DNA of 64,000 bases from Eledone cirrhosa (lineage: Eukaryota). The number at the start of each line of letters is the position of its first letter. Positions within the stretch are counted from its first letter, which is position 1. A program made the position numbers and the translations under genes. Positions 24,801 through 39,399 of the stretch are shown here, in pieces. The stretch covers positions 361,770,001-361,834,000 of the forward strand of contig OZ024740.1 of assembly GCA_964016885.1 (NCBI GenBank), given 5' to 3'. Below the pieces are notes generated by a model, which was given only the letters and a program-made list of their open reading frames with translations, did not search any database and was not told where the DNA came from.

Positions 24801-25502
24801 GGATTCGTTTGTTTTTCTATATCCTTTTGCTCCCCTTTTCTCTCTCTCACACACTTTCTCTACTCTCTTGTTCTCTTGCTTTCTCTCTTTCTCTCTGTGT
24901 GTGCAGAAGAAATCGGCTATGATTAGATCTGGAGAGGGATAGGCACCGCTATGGTAGCCTTTACGTCTCTATCACTAGTTACCGGTCTATGGCATGGATT
25001 AGTATTGGCTGTAGAAAGTGAACGTTCTTGGCGAAACATCAGTAGCAAAATGCCAGAAAATGTAGTTATTTATTTATTCATTTTAAACGTCCATCTTACT
25101 CGGGGTCTACCCCCCCCCCCCCCGAGCATCCCGCCAGTTAGTTTTGTCCGTAAAATCTGTCCAGTTATTCTTTCTATCTAACCATATGTCCATAGTATCG
25201 GAGATGAGATCTCTCAATTCGGAAAAGTGCTGGCTCTAGTTTGAGTGACTCTTCGATCTCCGAGCTACGCACGATATCAAGTAACGTTACTCCAAAGACC
25301 CTTCGGAGGAACCCCATTTCTACCGCTTGTATTCGCTATCGTATACTTTCATTCATTACCCAATATTCATGACCTTAGGTAAAGGTAGGCACGAATACCG
25401 AATCGAAGATAGCGAGTTTGGCTTTTACACCTACCTCCCTTCTTCTGATGACCGAATATTGAAGCTGGTGTGTTTAAGGACTCTGCTCTCACGACCTTCC
25501 CA

Positions 25503-25580
25503 GGAAGAAGAAGAAGAAGAAGAAGAAGAAGAAGAAGAAGAAGAAGAAGAAGAAGAAGAAGAAGAAGAAGAAGAAGAAGA
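25503..25580. repeat. (GAA)n microsatellite
   Basis: Perfect GAA run. Confidence 0.95.
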
Positions 25581-25704
25581 ACGTAAAATTGGTAAGCCAT
25601 GAAAGACTGAGAAAGGTATCTAGTGCCCCTTTTATTTAAGAAACAAAAACCAGAGAGAAAGAGAGAGAGGGAGAGGGAGAAACAGAAAGAGGAAGAGAGA
25701 GAAA

Positions 25705-25767
<63 letters not shown>

Positions 25768-26720
25768 GTGGGGACAGAAAAAAGTGAAAAAATACGTACA
25801 AATGTACAAGAAACAAAAATAAGAAAAAGAAAGTGAAACAAAAAGACAGCTATAGAGCAGCTAAATGTTTCTGTTGTTGAATCTTTTTGAAGCCTCCATG
25901 AATTGTAAAACCTTGTTTATGGCTGGAAGGTTTTTAACAATACTGCCCCCCCCCCCCCCCCCCTCGAACCTTGGTAGTCTTTTTAAAGATCTGTTTTGAA
26001 ATATCTCCATCCCATCAATCTTCCTCTCTCTCAGATTGGTAGCTTTTACATTTGAAGGTAATTCGTTTCCGATAAAACAAACAAAAGGGATTCAACACTT
26101 TTTTCTTCTTATTAAATAATATTTTTAGATTTAACAAAAATAATATTGTAGTAACCTACTACAATTTAGACACTGTATATCTGCCGTGATTAAACTGAAA
26201 ACAGGAAACAAGAAACAAGACGCACATTTTTCCGTTCCATTTTGTATAAACAGTGAGTATATAATTACATATGTCTGTGTTTATAGGGTAGGTAATTCAG
26301 TGAGAATGAGATAATCCGGATAATAATATAGGCAAGTAATGTTGAAGTTCTGCAGCTACCTTTTCAGATGGTATGGATATATACCCGGCCTCAGAACAAA
26401 GTGAAACGTCTGGATATTACGTACTGGTTTTCTTTTGCTACACCTCCTATTTCCGTCACTGTCAGTTTTCGTTTAAATAACCAAGGCGTTTTTGCTGCTA
26501 GTCTTCATCCTTGTTAGGTAAAGCAGCGCCCTGTAAATATGATGTAGCTTCTTATGTAAACAATACAGCACTTCGGGGAACACGCCCTACCTAACATACG
26601 GTGCTGTAATTATAATTAGAGGAATGTTCAGAGTGCAGGTGAAGAGAATTGTCGGAACAGTTACAGAAGCTGGATGGTGCAGGTATTGCTGTTAGTCTTC
26701 CGGTCTCCCTCTCTATCACA

Positions 26721-27634
<914 letters not shown>

Positions 27635-27642
<8 letters not shown>

Positions 27643-27801
27643 TAAAAGGAATTCCAACTTTGTCTGATTTACTCATTTTATTTACAATCCTTTAAAATTT
27701 ATAATGGTATTAGAATACCATTCTAATACCATTATAAATTTTAAAGGATTGTAAATAAAATGAGTAAATCAGACAAAGTTGGAATTCCTTTTATTAATAT
27801 A
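27635..27801. repeat. perfect palindrome, 82-bp arms, 3-nt loop
   Basis: TATATTAATAAAAGGAATTCC...GGTATTAGAAT-ACC-ATTCTAATACC...GGAATTCCTTTTATTAATATA. Confidence 0.95.
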
Positions 27802-28149
27802 ATCTATACACAATCATACACACCCGTGTATATTTATCTATCTCTCTCTCTATATATATATACATATATGTATGTGTATGTATATATTTAGAAAGTGATA
27901 AGAACTTCAGAAACCCGCCACAGTGTGGATATATATATAACTATATATAACTATATATATTGGGGGTAATGGATGATAAATGAAACAAAACAAAATAATG
28001 TTATTTTATCTAGTGTATTTCATCATAATATTTCAAGGTAAATAAATAACTTCTTTGAAAAAGTGATGCACCCTCCTCTAACGGAACCTTCCTGTGTTAT
28101 ATGTGTGTGTGAATTGCGCATGCGTGGAGTAGTCATAACATCTACTCAG

Positions 28150-28400
28150 TTTTATGTAGCTTTGTTCTATTATTCATTAGCGGTTTCTGTGTTTTTACAA
28201 TTAAGGCTTCCTTAATTCTTAAATTCCTCTACGGTGACCGCAATGTCTCGGTTGCAACAATGTGCTGTCTTTATTAGAGGAAGCGCTCGACGTCAGGTGG
28301 TCCTTCATCCGTATGTGTAACATCTGGACAGTACCTCAAATGTATGAAGAACTACATCGTCGGCATGTGACCCTGTAGATCATGGTGAGAACTCTTTGGA
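28150..28400 (-). pseudogene. PLE GIY-YIG endonuclease remnant (absent from ORF track)
   Basis: Manual translation: MIYRVTCRRCSSSYI*GTVQMLHIRMKDHL then, after a frameshift, NLRIKEALIVKTQKPLMN. Confidence 0.7.
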
Positions 28401-29401
28401 ATTATTCGGGGCTAGAGTATTTGACACTACCCTTGCTGCATATGTTGCGTATGTACGGAATTGAGATCTCCTTGGCGATTTACACTCTAGCAAGTGGTTT
28501 ATCTGGCCATTTGCTATATAGCGTGTTGTTGACCAGCTTATATACACTTTAGTGTGCGGTCACCCAGGCCATTTTCACATCAGTGTACAGTCTAACTCAA
28601 CTACAGGTCTTTATATTGCAAGAAGATAAAAACAAGTTATACAATGTTGAATAAGGATTTATTATTAACTGCATCAAAAACATTTCTAAAAGGTACCATT
28701 GTGCTTTATTCAATTTTTTGTAACATTAATCCAAAGATTAAAGAAACATATTTTTCGTAATCTTCTCAGACTTTGCAAACGTTTTCTATTCTTTTAGTAT
28801 ATTAAAATAGATATTTGTGTTTCTATAATCTGGATAAGATATTTTTGTTTTCGTTGCAGCTTTTGATAATTATGACAGAGCAGCATTGTTTGAATGCTGA
28901 GTGGGGTTCTTATATAATATTGGCAGTCTAGACAGACTTACTGAATGTTATTCAAAATATATACACTTACTCTTTTTATCTCTGGCATATATATATACTT
29001 ATCCTCCATAAACTCTTATTATTCTCTTTTTTATTACCCTTTCTGACTTACTTTCATTTTTATCCTTGTCAATAATTTCATTTATTTTTATTCTTATTTT
29101 TATTTTTTTTATTATTATTTTTACTTCACATCCACCAATAACCCCCCCCCCCCCTTTATTCTCCGATTCACTTTCCATTTTTTACTTCCCCTTTTCCTTC
29201 ACTAACTGATTATACTTGTCATTTGTGTTTTCCAATCCAGATATATTTTTCATTTTTGTTTTTATTTTTTTCAATTTTATATTTGTACTTACTTATCCAC
29301 AAGTTTTTTTACACCCTGTATCAATATGGCTGAACGCCTTAATGTGTGTATACTTTCTATATATGTACATGAGCGACTACGTATGTGCGCGCGCGTGCGT
29401 G

Positions 29402-29464
<63 letters not shown>

Positions 29465-30222
29465 ATATATGTGTGTGTGTGTGTATGTATATATTATGCG
29501 TATGTGTATGTCTTTATATCCGTGTTTTGACATCTAGGTTTTATGTTTTGTTCCTTTTTTCTTCCCCTCCCCCCTTTTTATTTACTCATTTTTATGCGTG
29601 TGCATGCAAACAGGTCAATATGCGTGAGTGTAAGTATGTGTGTGTGTGTGTGTATGTACGTATCGAACGTATGGATGTGTAAGTGTGCATGTGTATATAA
29701 GCATGTATATTTTTGCGTTTCTTTTGTGAGATATGCGTGTCTGTGTATGTATGTACCCCTTTTTTGTCTTCTTTTCTTTAATTTTTTCTTTCTAAACATT
29801 TTTGCTTTCTAATTTATTGTTACATTTTTATAAATATATCGAGATTGATACTTTCCTTTAATTATAACACTCCCTTACCTCTTTTACTTCCGCATCTAAG
29901 TGTACGTGTGTATAGGTGTGTTTATGCGCGCGCCTTCATATTCATATTCTTATGATGTATCTATTCTGTCTGTAGATTACAGACATACAGATACATTTGC
30001 CCTAAATTTTATATTTACGCACACTTTTTCACTATACGTATACACATGTGCATACACATATATGCACATCTGTGAGCGTATATACATACACATACACACA
30101 CCTAACTATATTTCTTGATAGATTTTTATATATTTCAATTTCTAATTCATTTGTCTATATCCTTTTTTTTTTTTTGATTTTCTTGATGAGACTTTCCAAG
30201 TATTTACCCATGTTTTTTTATA

Positions 30223-30298
30223 TTGCCTCGTCTGACGAACGAATGAAGACGTTTCTTTCGTATTCGCCTCATTCGGGAAACCTCTGGTAATGAGGTAA
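30223..30298 (+). ncRNA. type I hammerhead ribozyme
   Basis: TTGCCTCGT-CTGACGA-A-CGAATGA...TCATTCG-G-GAAAC-CTCTG-GTA-ATGAGGTAA; 9-bp stem I with two G-U pairs. Confidence 0.8.
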
Positions 30299-30418
30299 TT
30301 ATATTGTATTGATTTTTATACATTAAATTTTGCTCTGATACTTACATAGAGCACTCTTCACTTCTATGACCTTTTCTGTTTCCAACGGAAATTTCAATAC
30401 TTATATATATATATATAT

Positions 30419-30860
30419 TTAGGGCGGGTAAAATTCCCGGGATCCAAGGACGAGTTCTCTCCAGCGGTCTCTGTCCCTCATTATCGCTGCCATGTCCTGC
30501 GTCTCCAAGAGATCAGTGTCTGTCCTTAGGGCATCAACATATGTTAACCTCGGTCTTCTTCTTCCAGTGTGTCCATGCAGGGGCTCCCACAGGAGCACTG
30601 AGTGCAGTGTCAACTCTGGATGTCGGTGAGCATGTCCAGCTAACCCCAGTCTCCTCTGTGTCACTTTTGAGTTGACTTTTGGGAGGCTCTCGTACAGCTC
30701 TGAGTTTTTCATCCTCAGTGTATACTGATTAATGTTCAGAGCCATCCTCAGCATTCTCGTGTAGCACCCATCCACCATCTGAGTGAGTTTCTTGGTCAGT
30801 GTCCAAGTCTCAGACCCGTACAGCAGCACAGACTCCACTACAACAACGAAGGTCTGACTT
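30419..30860 (-). mobile_element. 5'-truncated RTE/RTE-X-type LINE 3' end
   Basis: ESVLLYGSETWTLTK...DGCYTRMLR...AGHAHRH..LLWEP.HG...GRPRLTYVD..RDRWR; second copy 55531-55760. Confidence 0.8.
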
Positions 30861-30876
30861 CCACACCAATCTGTAG

Positions 30877-30942
<66 letters not shown>

Positions 30943-31079
30943 GTTATATAGTAAGGTGCATTATTGGTTGTGTAAAATGGTCCAATAACTTTATGTTAGC
31001 AATATTAAGTTCTCCACGCTTTTGTATATCTCCAATTCCATTCGAGGGAACAGCTAGATGATGTAAAACGGAGTATAAG

Positions 31080-32110
31080 TATCAAAATGAAAATCCGAAG
31101 GCAAGGTAAAATTCCAATCATTTAATCACGACACATGTTTCAATAAGAGATAGAGCGATTGTGAAGCCATGATCGATTATCACTGATCTCATCAGGTGAA
31201 AATGAATTGTCTTCAAATTCTTGATATGAGGGAGAAAAAATAACGATGTTCTCTCACAGAATTCATTCCCTCATATGGAGACACACCAGTCAGTCAGAGA
31301 CATGGCGACTGCTATTAGCTTTGGTTGAGGTCATAAAAGTTTTCAGATTTCTATCGCTGCAAAAGACGCTGAACATCAATCAAATCTGTAGGGATACAGT
31401 CAGTCACAGTTAAAAGTGAGTGGATACACGCACACTCCACACCTACATACATCGGCTCGAGGTAAAAAAAAAAATACATATATATACACACATCAACACA
31501 GTATTAAACCCGTAGAATTAGCGTTGTGGGTACACACACTTTCACACACACCGAAATTGAGATTTGACCGACATAACTAACTTTCGGTGAGTGCTGTGTT
31601 GGTACATTCTTATATTTGTTTTTTTCTCGGATATCGCTTCGGTGTGTGTGAAAGTGTGTGTACCCACCCACGCTAATTCTATGGGTTTAATACTGTGTTG
31701 ATGTGTGTATATATATGTATATTTTTTTTTTACCTCGAGCCGATGTATGTAGGTGTGGAGTGTGCGTGTATCCACTCACTTTTAACTGTGACTGACTGTA
31801 TCCCTACAGATTTTATTGATGTCCAGCGTCTTTTACAGCGATAGAAATCTGAAAACTTTTATGACCTCAACCAAAGCTAATAGCAGTCGCCATGTCTCTG
31901 ACTGACTGGTGTGTCTCCATATGAGGGAACGAATTCTGTGAGAGAACATCGTTATTTTTTCTCCCTCATATCAAGAATTTGAAGACAATTCATTTTCACC
32001 TGATGAGATCAGTGATAATCGCTCATGGCTTCATAATCGATCTATCTCTTATTGAAACATGTGTCATGATTAAATGAATTGAATTTTACCTTGCCTTCGG
32101 ATTTTCATTT

Positions 32111-32115
<5 letters not shown>
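31080..32115. repeat. large fold-back, ~476-bp arms, ~82-bp spacer, each arm with a hammerhead
   Basis: 31080-31555 is the reverse complement of 31638-32115 with scattered mismatches; hammerhead TCAC-CTGATGA...GAAAC-ATGT-GTC-GTGA at 31126-31199 (-) and its copy at 31996-32069 (+); abuts (TA)n. Confidence 0.9.
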
Positions 32116-32161
<46 letters not shown>

Positions 32162-32339
32162 TGCTAAAGCTACAAACCGAATAAGCATACACGCTAGCTT
32201 GGCCGTATACTAGAGCTTCGTCTATGCTGTACTAAAATTTATATATATATATATATTAAGATAAGCAGAACAAGCAAAATTTAACCAATTCTTTAAAATA
32301 AATAAAAAAATATAATTTAAATATTTACCTACTCAAGTC

Positions 32340-32421
32340 GCTCTTACCGATCGGTTTCCCTTTGCAAAACACTAGAAATCCATTGGATTTCTAATGGAAA
32401 AGCAAAGTTCATCAGAGAAGC
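32340..32421 (-). ncRNA. type I hammerhead ribozyme with palindromic stem III
   Basis: Minus: GCTTCT-CTGATGA-A-CTTTGC...GCAAAG-G-GAAAC-CGATCG-GTA-AGAGC; inner hairpin TAGAAATCC/GGATTTCTA. Confidence 0.8.
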
Positions 32422-32705
32422 ATTTTCCTTTCCTAGGGCTAAAGTCCCAGGAACGGCAAAATATATTGCCATCTGCCAGCTAGCACAGATCGAGTGAGGT
32501 CGAAAAATGACCCGTACATGAACCAGTCCGTAGCAAAAGCGGAAGTAAAACATAGACGTGTTGTCTACTTCACTACTAAAAATAGCAGCTAAATAGAACA
32601 ACAGATTTGTTCTCTACATAACGGAGTATATTACAAGAAGTTAATATGCCCACGGGTACTAAATATATATATATATGTGTGTGTGTGTCTGTGTGTGTGT
32701 GTGTA

Positions 32706-32770
<65 letters not shown>

Positions 32771-32978
32771 ATGTGTGTGTGTGTAGATTCCAAGTGAAAC
32801 CAGGGGTAAACATAGATGAAAAGGTACTCAATGCATTTCTGAATACAAAAATGACGTCTACATGACTAGAACTGTTTTATTCATATGAAAACATCATAAT
32901 TTCATACGAATGAAATCCTACTGTTCATACAAATATATATAATCACATATGCATACAAATATACATACATATATATAT

Positions 32979-33055
<77 letters not shown>

Positions 33056-33057
33056 TA

Positions 33058-33114
<57 letters not shown>

Positions 33115-33117
<3 letters not shown>

Positions 33118-34830
33118 AACCAGTAAGACCCCAACGGCTGAGCTCAAGCCGTTTCGACGGCTAATTCTGGACTAAATGAAAATTTATCCTGGTATTTAAA
33201 TAGCCGAGTTTCTCAAGGGGTAATTCCATATATGGTCAAAGTGATTGTCAAAAGTTAGTAGTAATTCTGTGATTGCAAATTAGTAGGGGAGATGGTGGCT
33301 AAACCTGCCAGTAGGAGAAAAAGAGGAGGGGGTGGAGTAGACCCAATCATGCGTTGGTAGTGCCAGCTACAGCTGGGCATGAGGTCAAAGAAGATACTGG
33401 GGAGGGGGAGGGGGAGGAAGTCGAAACGGTAGGTAGAACAATGAAGGGTAAAAATATAAATATGAAAGAAAAAATACTGAGAGTGATGAAAAGCGAATAA
33501 GTGTAAAGAAGAAAGAGTATAAAAGCAAGTTCTACGACCTAAGTCTCTAGCTATTGTTAGGCTAGATAAATAAATAAAGAAAGAAATAAATAAATAAAGA
33601 AATAAATAAAGAAATAACGAAATAAGTAAATAAACTAGGTGGGACGGAATAGGCAAGGACCCTTTTAAGAGGTATAAGTACGTAAATCATACGGTGACGA
33701 GTCAACAAATGGGGCCAAAATACTAAAGAAACTACCACGAAATAAATAATAAAGGTTTCTATCCCGGGCACAAGGCCAGCAACCACCCAGTGCAGCAAAG
33801 TAAACTAGTACGAGATAATAATTCTGAGTCCCGAAAAAAATATATACTAATGCTAACTCTAAAGGTACCGCTGCGCTACAAAAGATCTTATACAAGCTAC
33901 ATGAAAGTTCGTACGAAGTAAAGGTAGAATACGGAAAAATAAATTCAGAATCCACCCCGCCCAAAAGAAAGGAGAAGAAAGAAATACTGAAACGGGAAAA
34001 TAAGGCATAAGTGCTACTAAGAAATAAAGAAGGCACGGAAAATAGGGGGAGCGGTCGGAAAAGGGGGCAAGTATCCGAGGTCTAACACAACTGCTATAAA
34101 AAGCGGAGTCCGCCAAATCTATCATAGACTAGGGGAGGGGGTGGTGGTGCTGAGGCTACAAGGGGCCAAAGGGCAGCCTCGGGTGGGCGAGAAAAGACGC
34201 CGACAAAGAAGAAGAACTGGGATAGAAGGACTAAGGAGGGATGGAGGGAAGAAGGAAATAAAGGAAGCGATAAAAGAATAAAAAGAAGATCTTACGTCTC
34301 CCTTGGCAAGCAGGGCTTACCCATTGCAAAATCGGCAAGTGGGGTGTTATAGCCCTAGTCTACCCCCCCCCCCCCGGGTCATTATGGGGTTTGAGGGCGA
34401 GGTAAGTCCTACGCAATCTATGTTTACATGCAGTAACCAGTTCATCTTTCTTGTTTAGGAGTTGGTCCGTCGAAAACAACATTTGTAAAGTTTCCTCCGA
34501 GCATAAATTGCACGGACGGCGTCCTCCCGTGTAAGAATTGGCTCTGGACAGTAATCTCCAAGTGAGATCATAGGTGATGTTGTTGTCCTTGAGGTCCCAT
34601 ATTTGGCCCGAAAGTGTAGTGGCGTGACGCCGGGCCGGGTTTCGGAAGGTATGTCTATGTTGGTATAGCCGGGTCTTGAAGTCACATGCGGTTAGTCCTA
34701 TATAAGCTTTGTTGGAGGTGTCCGTCCTCACGTTGCACTGGTAGATCACATTACGGTCTCTGCATCTATTGTCGAGTGGGCAGATGGATCTATCCGGACA
34801 GTTGCACCTCCTGGTCGGCTCTCCACTGCT
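33115..34830 (-). mobile_element. 5'-truncated Naiad-type PLE (GIY-YIG + 3' region)
   Basis: RCNCPDRSICPLDNRCRDRNVIYQCNV...AYIGLTACDFKTRLYQH...CNLCSEE...LLNKKDELVTACKHR (34360-34830); 3' region ends with a hammerhead next to (TA)n. Confidence 0.85.
33128..33221 (-). ncRNA. type I hammerhead-like motif, U3:A8 variant, at 3' end of a Naiad-type PLE
   Basis: Minus: ACCCC-TTGAGAA-ACTCGGCTA...TAGCCGTC-GAAACGGC...GCCGTT-GGGGT; sense to the GIY-YIG ORF at 34360-34830. Confidence 0.7.
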
Positions 34831-34904
34831 ATTTAGGTATGTATGTTGTATGGATGTATGTATGTATGTATGTATGTTTACATATCTTATGTAATATTTA
34901 GAGA

Positions 34905-35405
34905 TATCTGTGTATAGTGCTGAGTGGAAAAGCGCATAAAAGGCAGTTGCAAAACTTTTGAAGAATGTCGTCTAGAACAAACAACTGAAGCGTCAGCTCA
35001 GGAAGGGTTATGCTCACAGTCATGATGAAAACATCAGTAGTTGGACATGCAAATTCTGTCAACGTGTACTCTTCTTAAAAGCTGGTTATGTTAATCACCC
35101 GAATTCACATGAAAGAATAGCCACCCGCAACACCACTGAACAAAGACCTGGTGAAACAACGTGCGTGATATGTGACAAAGTGTGTAGAACTAGTTCTAGA
35201 CTAAAAGGTGGTGCATAAAGATTGTATCCCACAAAACGACCCTCCAATCTTGTGGAAAGCACAACTCTCGTCAGTCACCTGCGTCGTAGACCACGAAGAT
35301 CTACAGTTGGTCTAAAAAGTCATCTACGATGTCATGGACGCGGATGGGATGACAAGGAAGAATCAATAAGACACAGTAATCATCTATGAAGACTCTGCAA
35401 TCCTC
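34905..35405 (+). mobile_element. RTE-type LINE 3' remnant with C2H2-like motifs
   Basis: Broken CKFCQR..AGYVNH and CVICDKVC motifs, ends in (TATG)n; similar minus-strand remnant at ~51560-51950. Confidence 0.45.
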
Positions 35406-35420
35406 ATGTATGTATGTATG

Positions 35421-38400
35421 TTCTTCTGGTTTTATAATTTCACAAATTGTTTCCCAATAGAGAGAGAGTCGGTTTCTAACATAAACACAAGACTCTCTCA
35501 TTGGAATTTACACAACATCAATTAGGTAGATTATATATGCATGCATGTGTAGATATGGATGTTATTGTATGTGTGGATGTGGATGTTTTGAGTTGTATGT
35601 GTGCATATGTATATGATTTGTATCTGTACATGTGTATATGCAGTTATTAGATGCAACATTTTTGGTATGTTTTACATATTTTTACTGTTCCATTAATGGA
35701 TTGTACTTGTAATTTCCTAACTAGTTGTGTTCTTTCTGTTCCTGTGAAGCCTAGCTTCTCAAGATTTGTATTGAGGCAGTTACTAACATACTCTAGTGCC
35801 CCAATAATCACAGGCATAAATCTGAAGGTGTAATCAGGGTGGAGTATCTGCAGATTTCTTATCAGTTCTGCATAAATATTCTCCTTTTTCGCTAATCTTT
35901 GATATATCGGTATCTTCTGGGCAGCTAATTTCCACTACTCTTTCATATTATATACATGGATGTCTTCCACATTGCTGTAGCTTTTAATGTGGTTATTATC
36001 GGGGCTATCTTTTTTACGGATTGCACCGTTCAGTGTTTTGGCCTCTACATCATGCCTCATAGGTAGATAAGTACCGCGATGACATCTTTGGACAGCTGCT
36101 GAGGACATGGGTGATATCTTCGATATTAGTTCTGCAGAGTCTGCACTTGCTATCATATCTAGGTGTTTTGCCTTCATCCCTATCTCTTTTGTGAATCAGG
36201 TATTTCGTGTTAATTTCCTGTTCTTGGATTGCAAAAGCGTATCATTCAAAGTGGGAGCCAATATAACGGTTGTTGGTCCAAGATAGACAACTTTCTTTAT
36301 CTATATTTCTCTCACTCTGGAGCTTCCTGGCAACATATCCATGCATGATTTTTTGCTGATAAGCATGCAGTTTTTCATCCATGGATTCACTGCGATACTG
36401 CTGAGCGACTTCCCTGGGTGTGAGTTTTTGATTATCACACAGGGAATATCTCTTGAGGAGTTCCTTCCCAACTCTCATGATCTTATCTGTTTCATGCAGA
36501 TAGACTTGCTCGAGAGACGGGCTCCTACGCTTCGAGGTTCGTAGATGTCGGAGGGATATGATGCGACATTCAAATATTGTCTGGACTGATGTTAGGCCTC
36601 TGCCTCCCTGCTTACGTTTCAAGTAAAGGCGGCCTATGTCACTGTTGATGTGGAAGTTTCCGGTGTTGTTTAGTATTTTTCGAGTTCCAACATCAACTGC
36701 TCGGATTTCGTCTATCGTCCAATTGAGTATTCCAAACGTTGGTGTTAGGACAGGCACAGCAAACACATTGTGAGCCACTGTTTTGTTTTGCGCATAGAGT
36801 TCCGATGACCAAATCTTTCTTAATCGGGTGTAGTATTCTCTCGTTACGCGTTCCTTATTACAGATACCACTATAGGATATGTTCTCATCTATCCCCAGGT
36901 ATCTGTAGCAGTCATCATCAGATATTGGTGAAACAGTTAGGCCATTGATGACAATGTTGCTAGATTCGTTTGGTGTTTTTCCCCGCTTTACAGTCATATA
37001 TGAGCATTTATCTTGGCGAAACTCCATTCCTATATCTCTTGAGAACGTTGTAACCAGGTCAAGATTTTTCTTAATCCCATCCTTGTTCTTGGCATAGAGT
37101 TTCAGATCATCTACAAAGAAATTATGGGTTAGGTTCGTATTTCTGTCCTCCTGTAATTCAATGATGTATCCTTCACATTTCGTGAGCAGAAAGGACAAGG
37201 GGTTTAATGATAGGATGAATAATATCACAGAGAGACTGTCTCCCTGAAATATACCCCTGCGATATTTTATTTTATCAGTGAACATAGAATCCTTCCTCTC
37301 TGTCTTTAACCTTAGGATAGTAGCCCAAGAAGAAGACACTTCTCTATGGCTCTGATAATAATGTCTGGGACTTTAGCAAGTTGGAGGGCATCTATCATCC
37401 AAGAGTGGGGAACAGAATCGAAAGCTTTCCTGTAGTCTAGGCAGACTGTAGCCATATTATTCCTCCTAAGTTGTGGCACCTCCGACATCGCAGTTTTGTT
37501 GATTAGGAGTTGTTAAGCACATCCCCAAACCCCTTTCTTTCCAGCTGCTTGTTCATCTGTGATGATGTTATTATTTTCACAGTGATGTTGGAGGAATAGG
37601 TTCAGGCAGGCTGTATACATCTTATACATCAGGTTCTGGCATGCAATAGGTCGGTAGTTTTTTGCCAAGTGGGTGTCTTTGTTCTTGGGGACCAGTAATG
37701 TTTGTGCTAATGTCAACCATTCTGGTATAAGTGTATCTCCCTTAAGAACTTGTTGGTAGAGGTCAGTAAGATACCTCCGATAGAATATCAGTTTTTTGTA
37801 CCAGTAGCCGACAATCATGTCTCTTTCTGGTGTTTTCTTATCTTGGAGTTTTCCTATCACAGTCTCAAGGGTACCCTCACTTATTTCGTATGTTTTTGTT
37901 GTAGTGTAGGAGCAATAGTTCTTTCGGATTTCTTTTAGCCACAATGCATCTTGGTTGAAATTCTTCTTTTCACCCCATATTTTGCTCCAAAAGGAATCTA
38001 TATCTTTCTGGGATGGGTCCTCAGTGACACTTATTATTTTGTTCTTCATATCTCTATAGACTGATGTTTGGTTTCGTCTGAATCTTTTATTAAGCACTTT
38101 TCTCTCATCTACCTTCTTCAGGTATCGGCGTTTTTCGCTAACAGCTCTCAATTCTTGTTTAACGGTGATCAGCTTATATTGAAGAGTTCTGGTTCTACTG
38201 TTACCAAACATCGTCTCTATTTTATTTTTCACTCTTTGTTGGTGATGAGTGAGGTTTTTTTGTGTTTGTTTGCATGTAAGCAGCATTGTCACATATCCTA
38301 TGGTTTTTCGTAGGTCAGCAATCTTTTTTTCTATTTTAGTTATATATGATGGTATTTTTGGTGGTGTTCTGTTCTTGTTAATATCTCTGCTATCACCAAG

Positions 38401-39302
38401 ATAATGCTTCACTGTCGTTTCTAAGGCATATAAACAGGCGTTGATTTGCCAAAATGTTGGGGTTTTTAATCGTCGTAAATACTCATCCCCTATTTCGTCA
38501 ATAACACGTAATATTTCATTATTTGTTTTTTTATTAAATATTGTCGTTTTAATACGTTCAGCAAGAGAGATATTTATACATGAATTAATTTCTCTCTGGA
38601 AGATTTGGCTGAGGGAAATTTTCAATTGTTTATAGTTTTGATTATTATCATTATCGATAATATTTTCCACAACAGTCAAGTTAGACTCAGATGGTACAGG
38701 TGGTGTCAAATTTCTTCGATTATTATTATTATCGATAGTGTTTTCCCAGCATTCGATGTAGACTTAGATGGTACACGTGGTGTCAGGTTTCTTACAGGCA
38801 TAGTTGTTTCAAGGCACTGTTTGACCTGGCTGCTAGGAAGTCTAGTAGCATGGCGACCTGTAGCACGTGTTGTTGACCCCATGTTTGTTGTGGGGGACTT
38901 ACAATTAATAATATTTATCTTATTTTTACGTTCAACAAACGTCGCTTGTTGGCGTAATTGTTTCGCCGTGAAATAATTTAGCTCTGGGTGCATTTCGTCC
39001 CAGTGTAGCTTCATTCTGTTCATATAGCCAATGGAGGGATTTTTTTTTGCCATTTTATAACAATTAAATAAATCATCATTAAGTTCGCAACTCCAAGAGA
39101 AATGCGATTTATAATTTCGGTTTCTTCTGTAGCTACAACTGAATAAAGTTTGTTTCCCTTTCTCGTTGTTTGTCTTCGATACTTCCTTAATTTTATTGTT
39201 GATGCTGTGTTCAGCCATGCTGTTTGTAGCAAATCCTTGTAAAATGAATTATGTATTTAGTCGGATATCTCTACGAATTCGAATAAAAGGTGTCTTCAGA
39301 AG

Positions 39303-39303
<1 letters not shown>
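35421..39303 (-). mobile_element. R4/Dong-type non-LTR retrotransposon (RT + restriction-like endonuclease), frameshifted, near full length
   Basis: ORF pieces 38706-39218, 37513-38709 (NYRPIAC), 36242-37339 (RRGIFQGDSLS, FVDDLKLY, YRYLG, GGRGL), Y..RHD.VAK-like motif and terminal LQVQSINGTVKICK; (TATG)n on both flanks. Confidence 0.85.
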
Positions 39304-39333
<30 letters not shown>

Positions 39334-39399
39334 TGTATGTATGTATGTATGTATGTATGTATGTATGTATGTGTGTGTGTGTGTGTGTATGTATGTTGC

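Noticed and set aside
25440-25480. CTGATGA...GAAGC hammerhead-like string
   Set aside because: GAAA box mutated and stem II does not pair.
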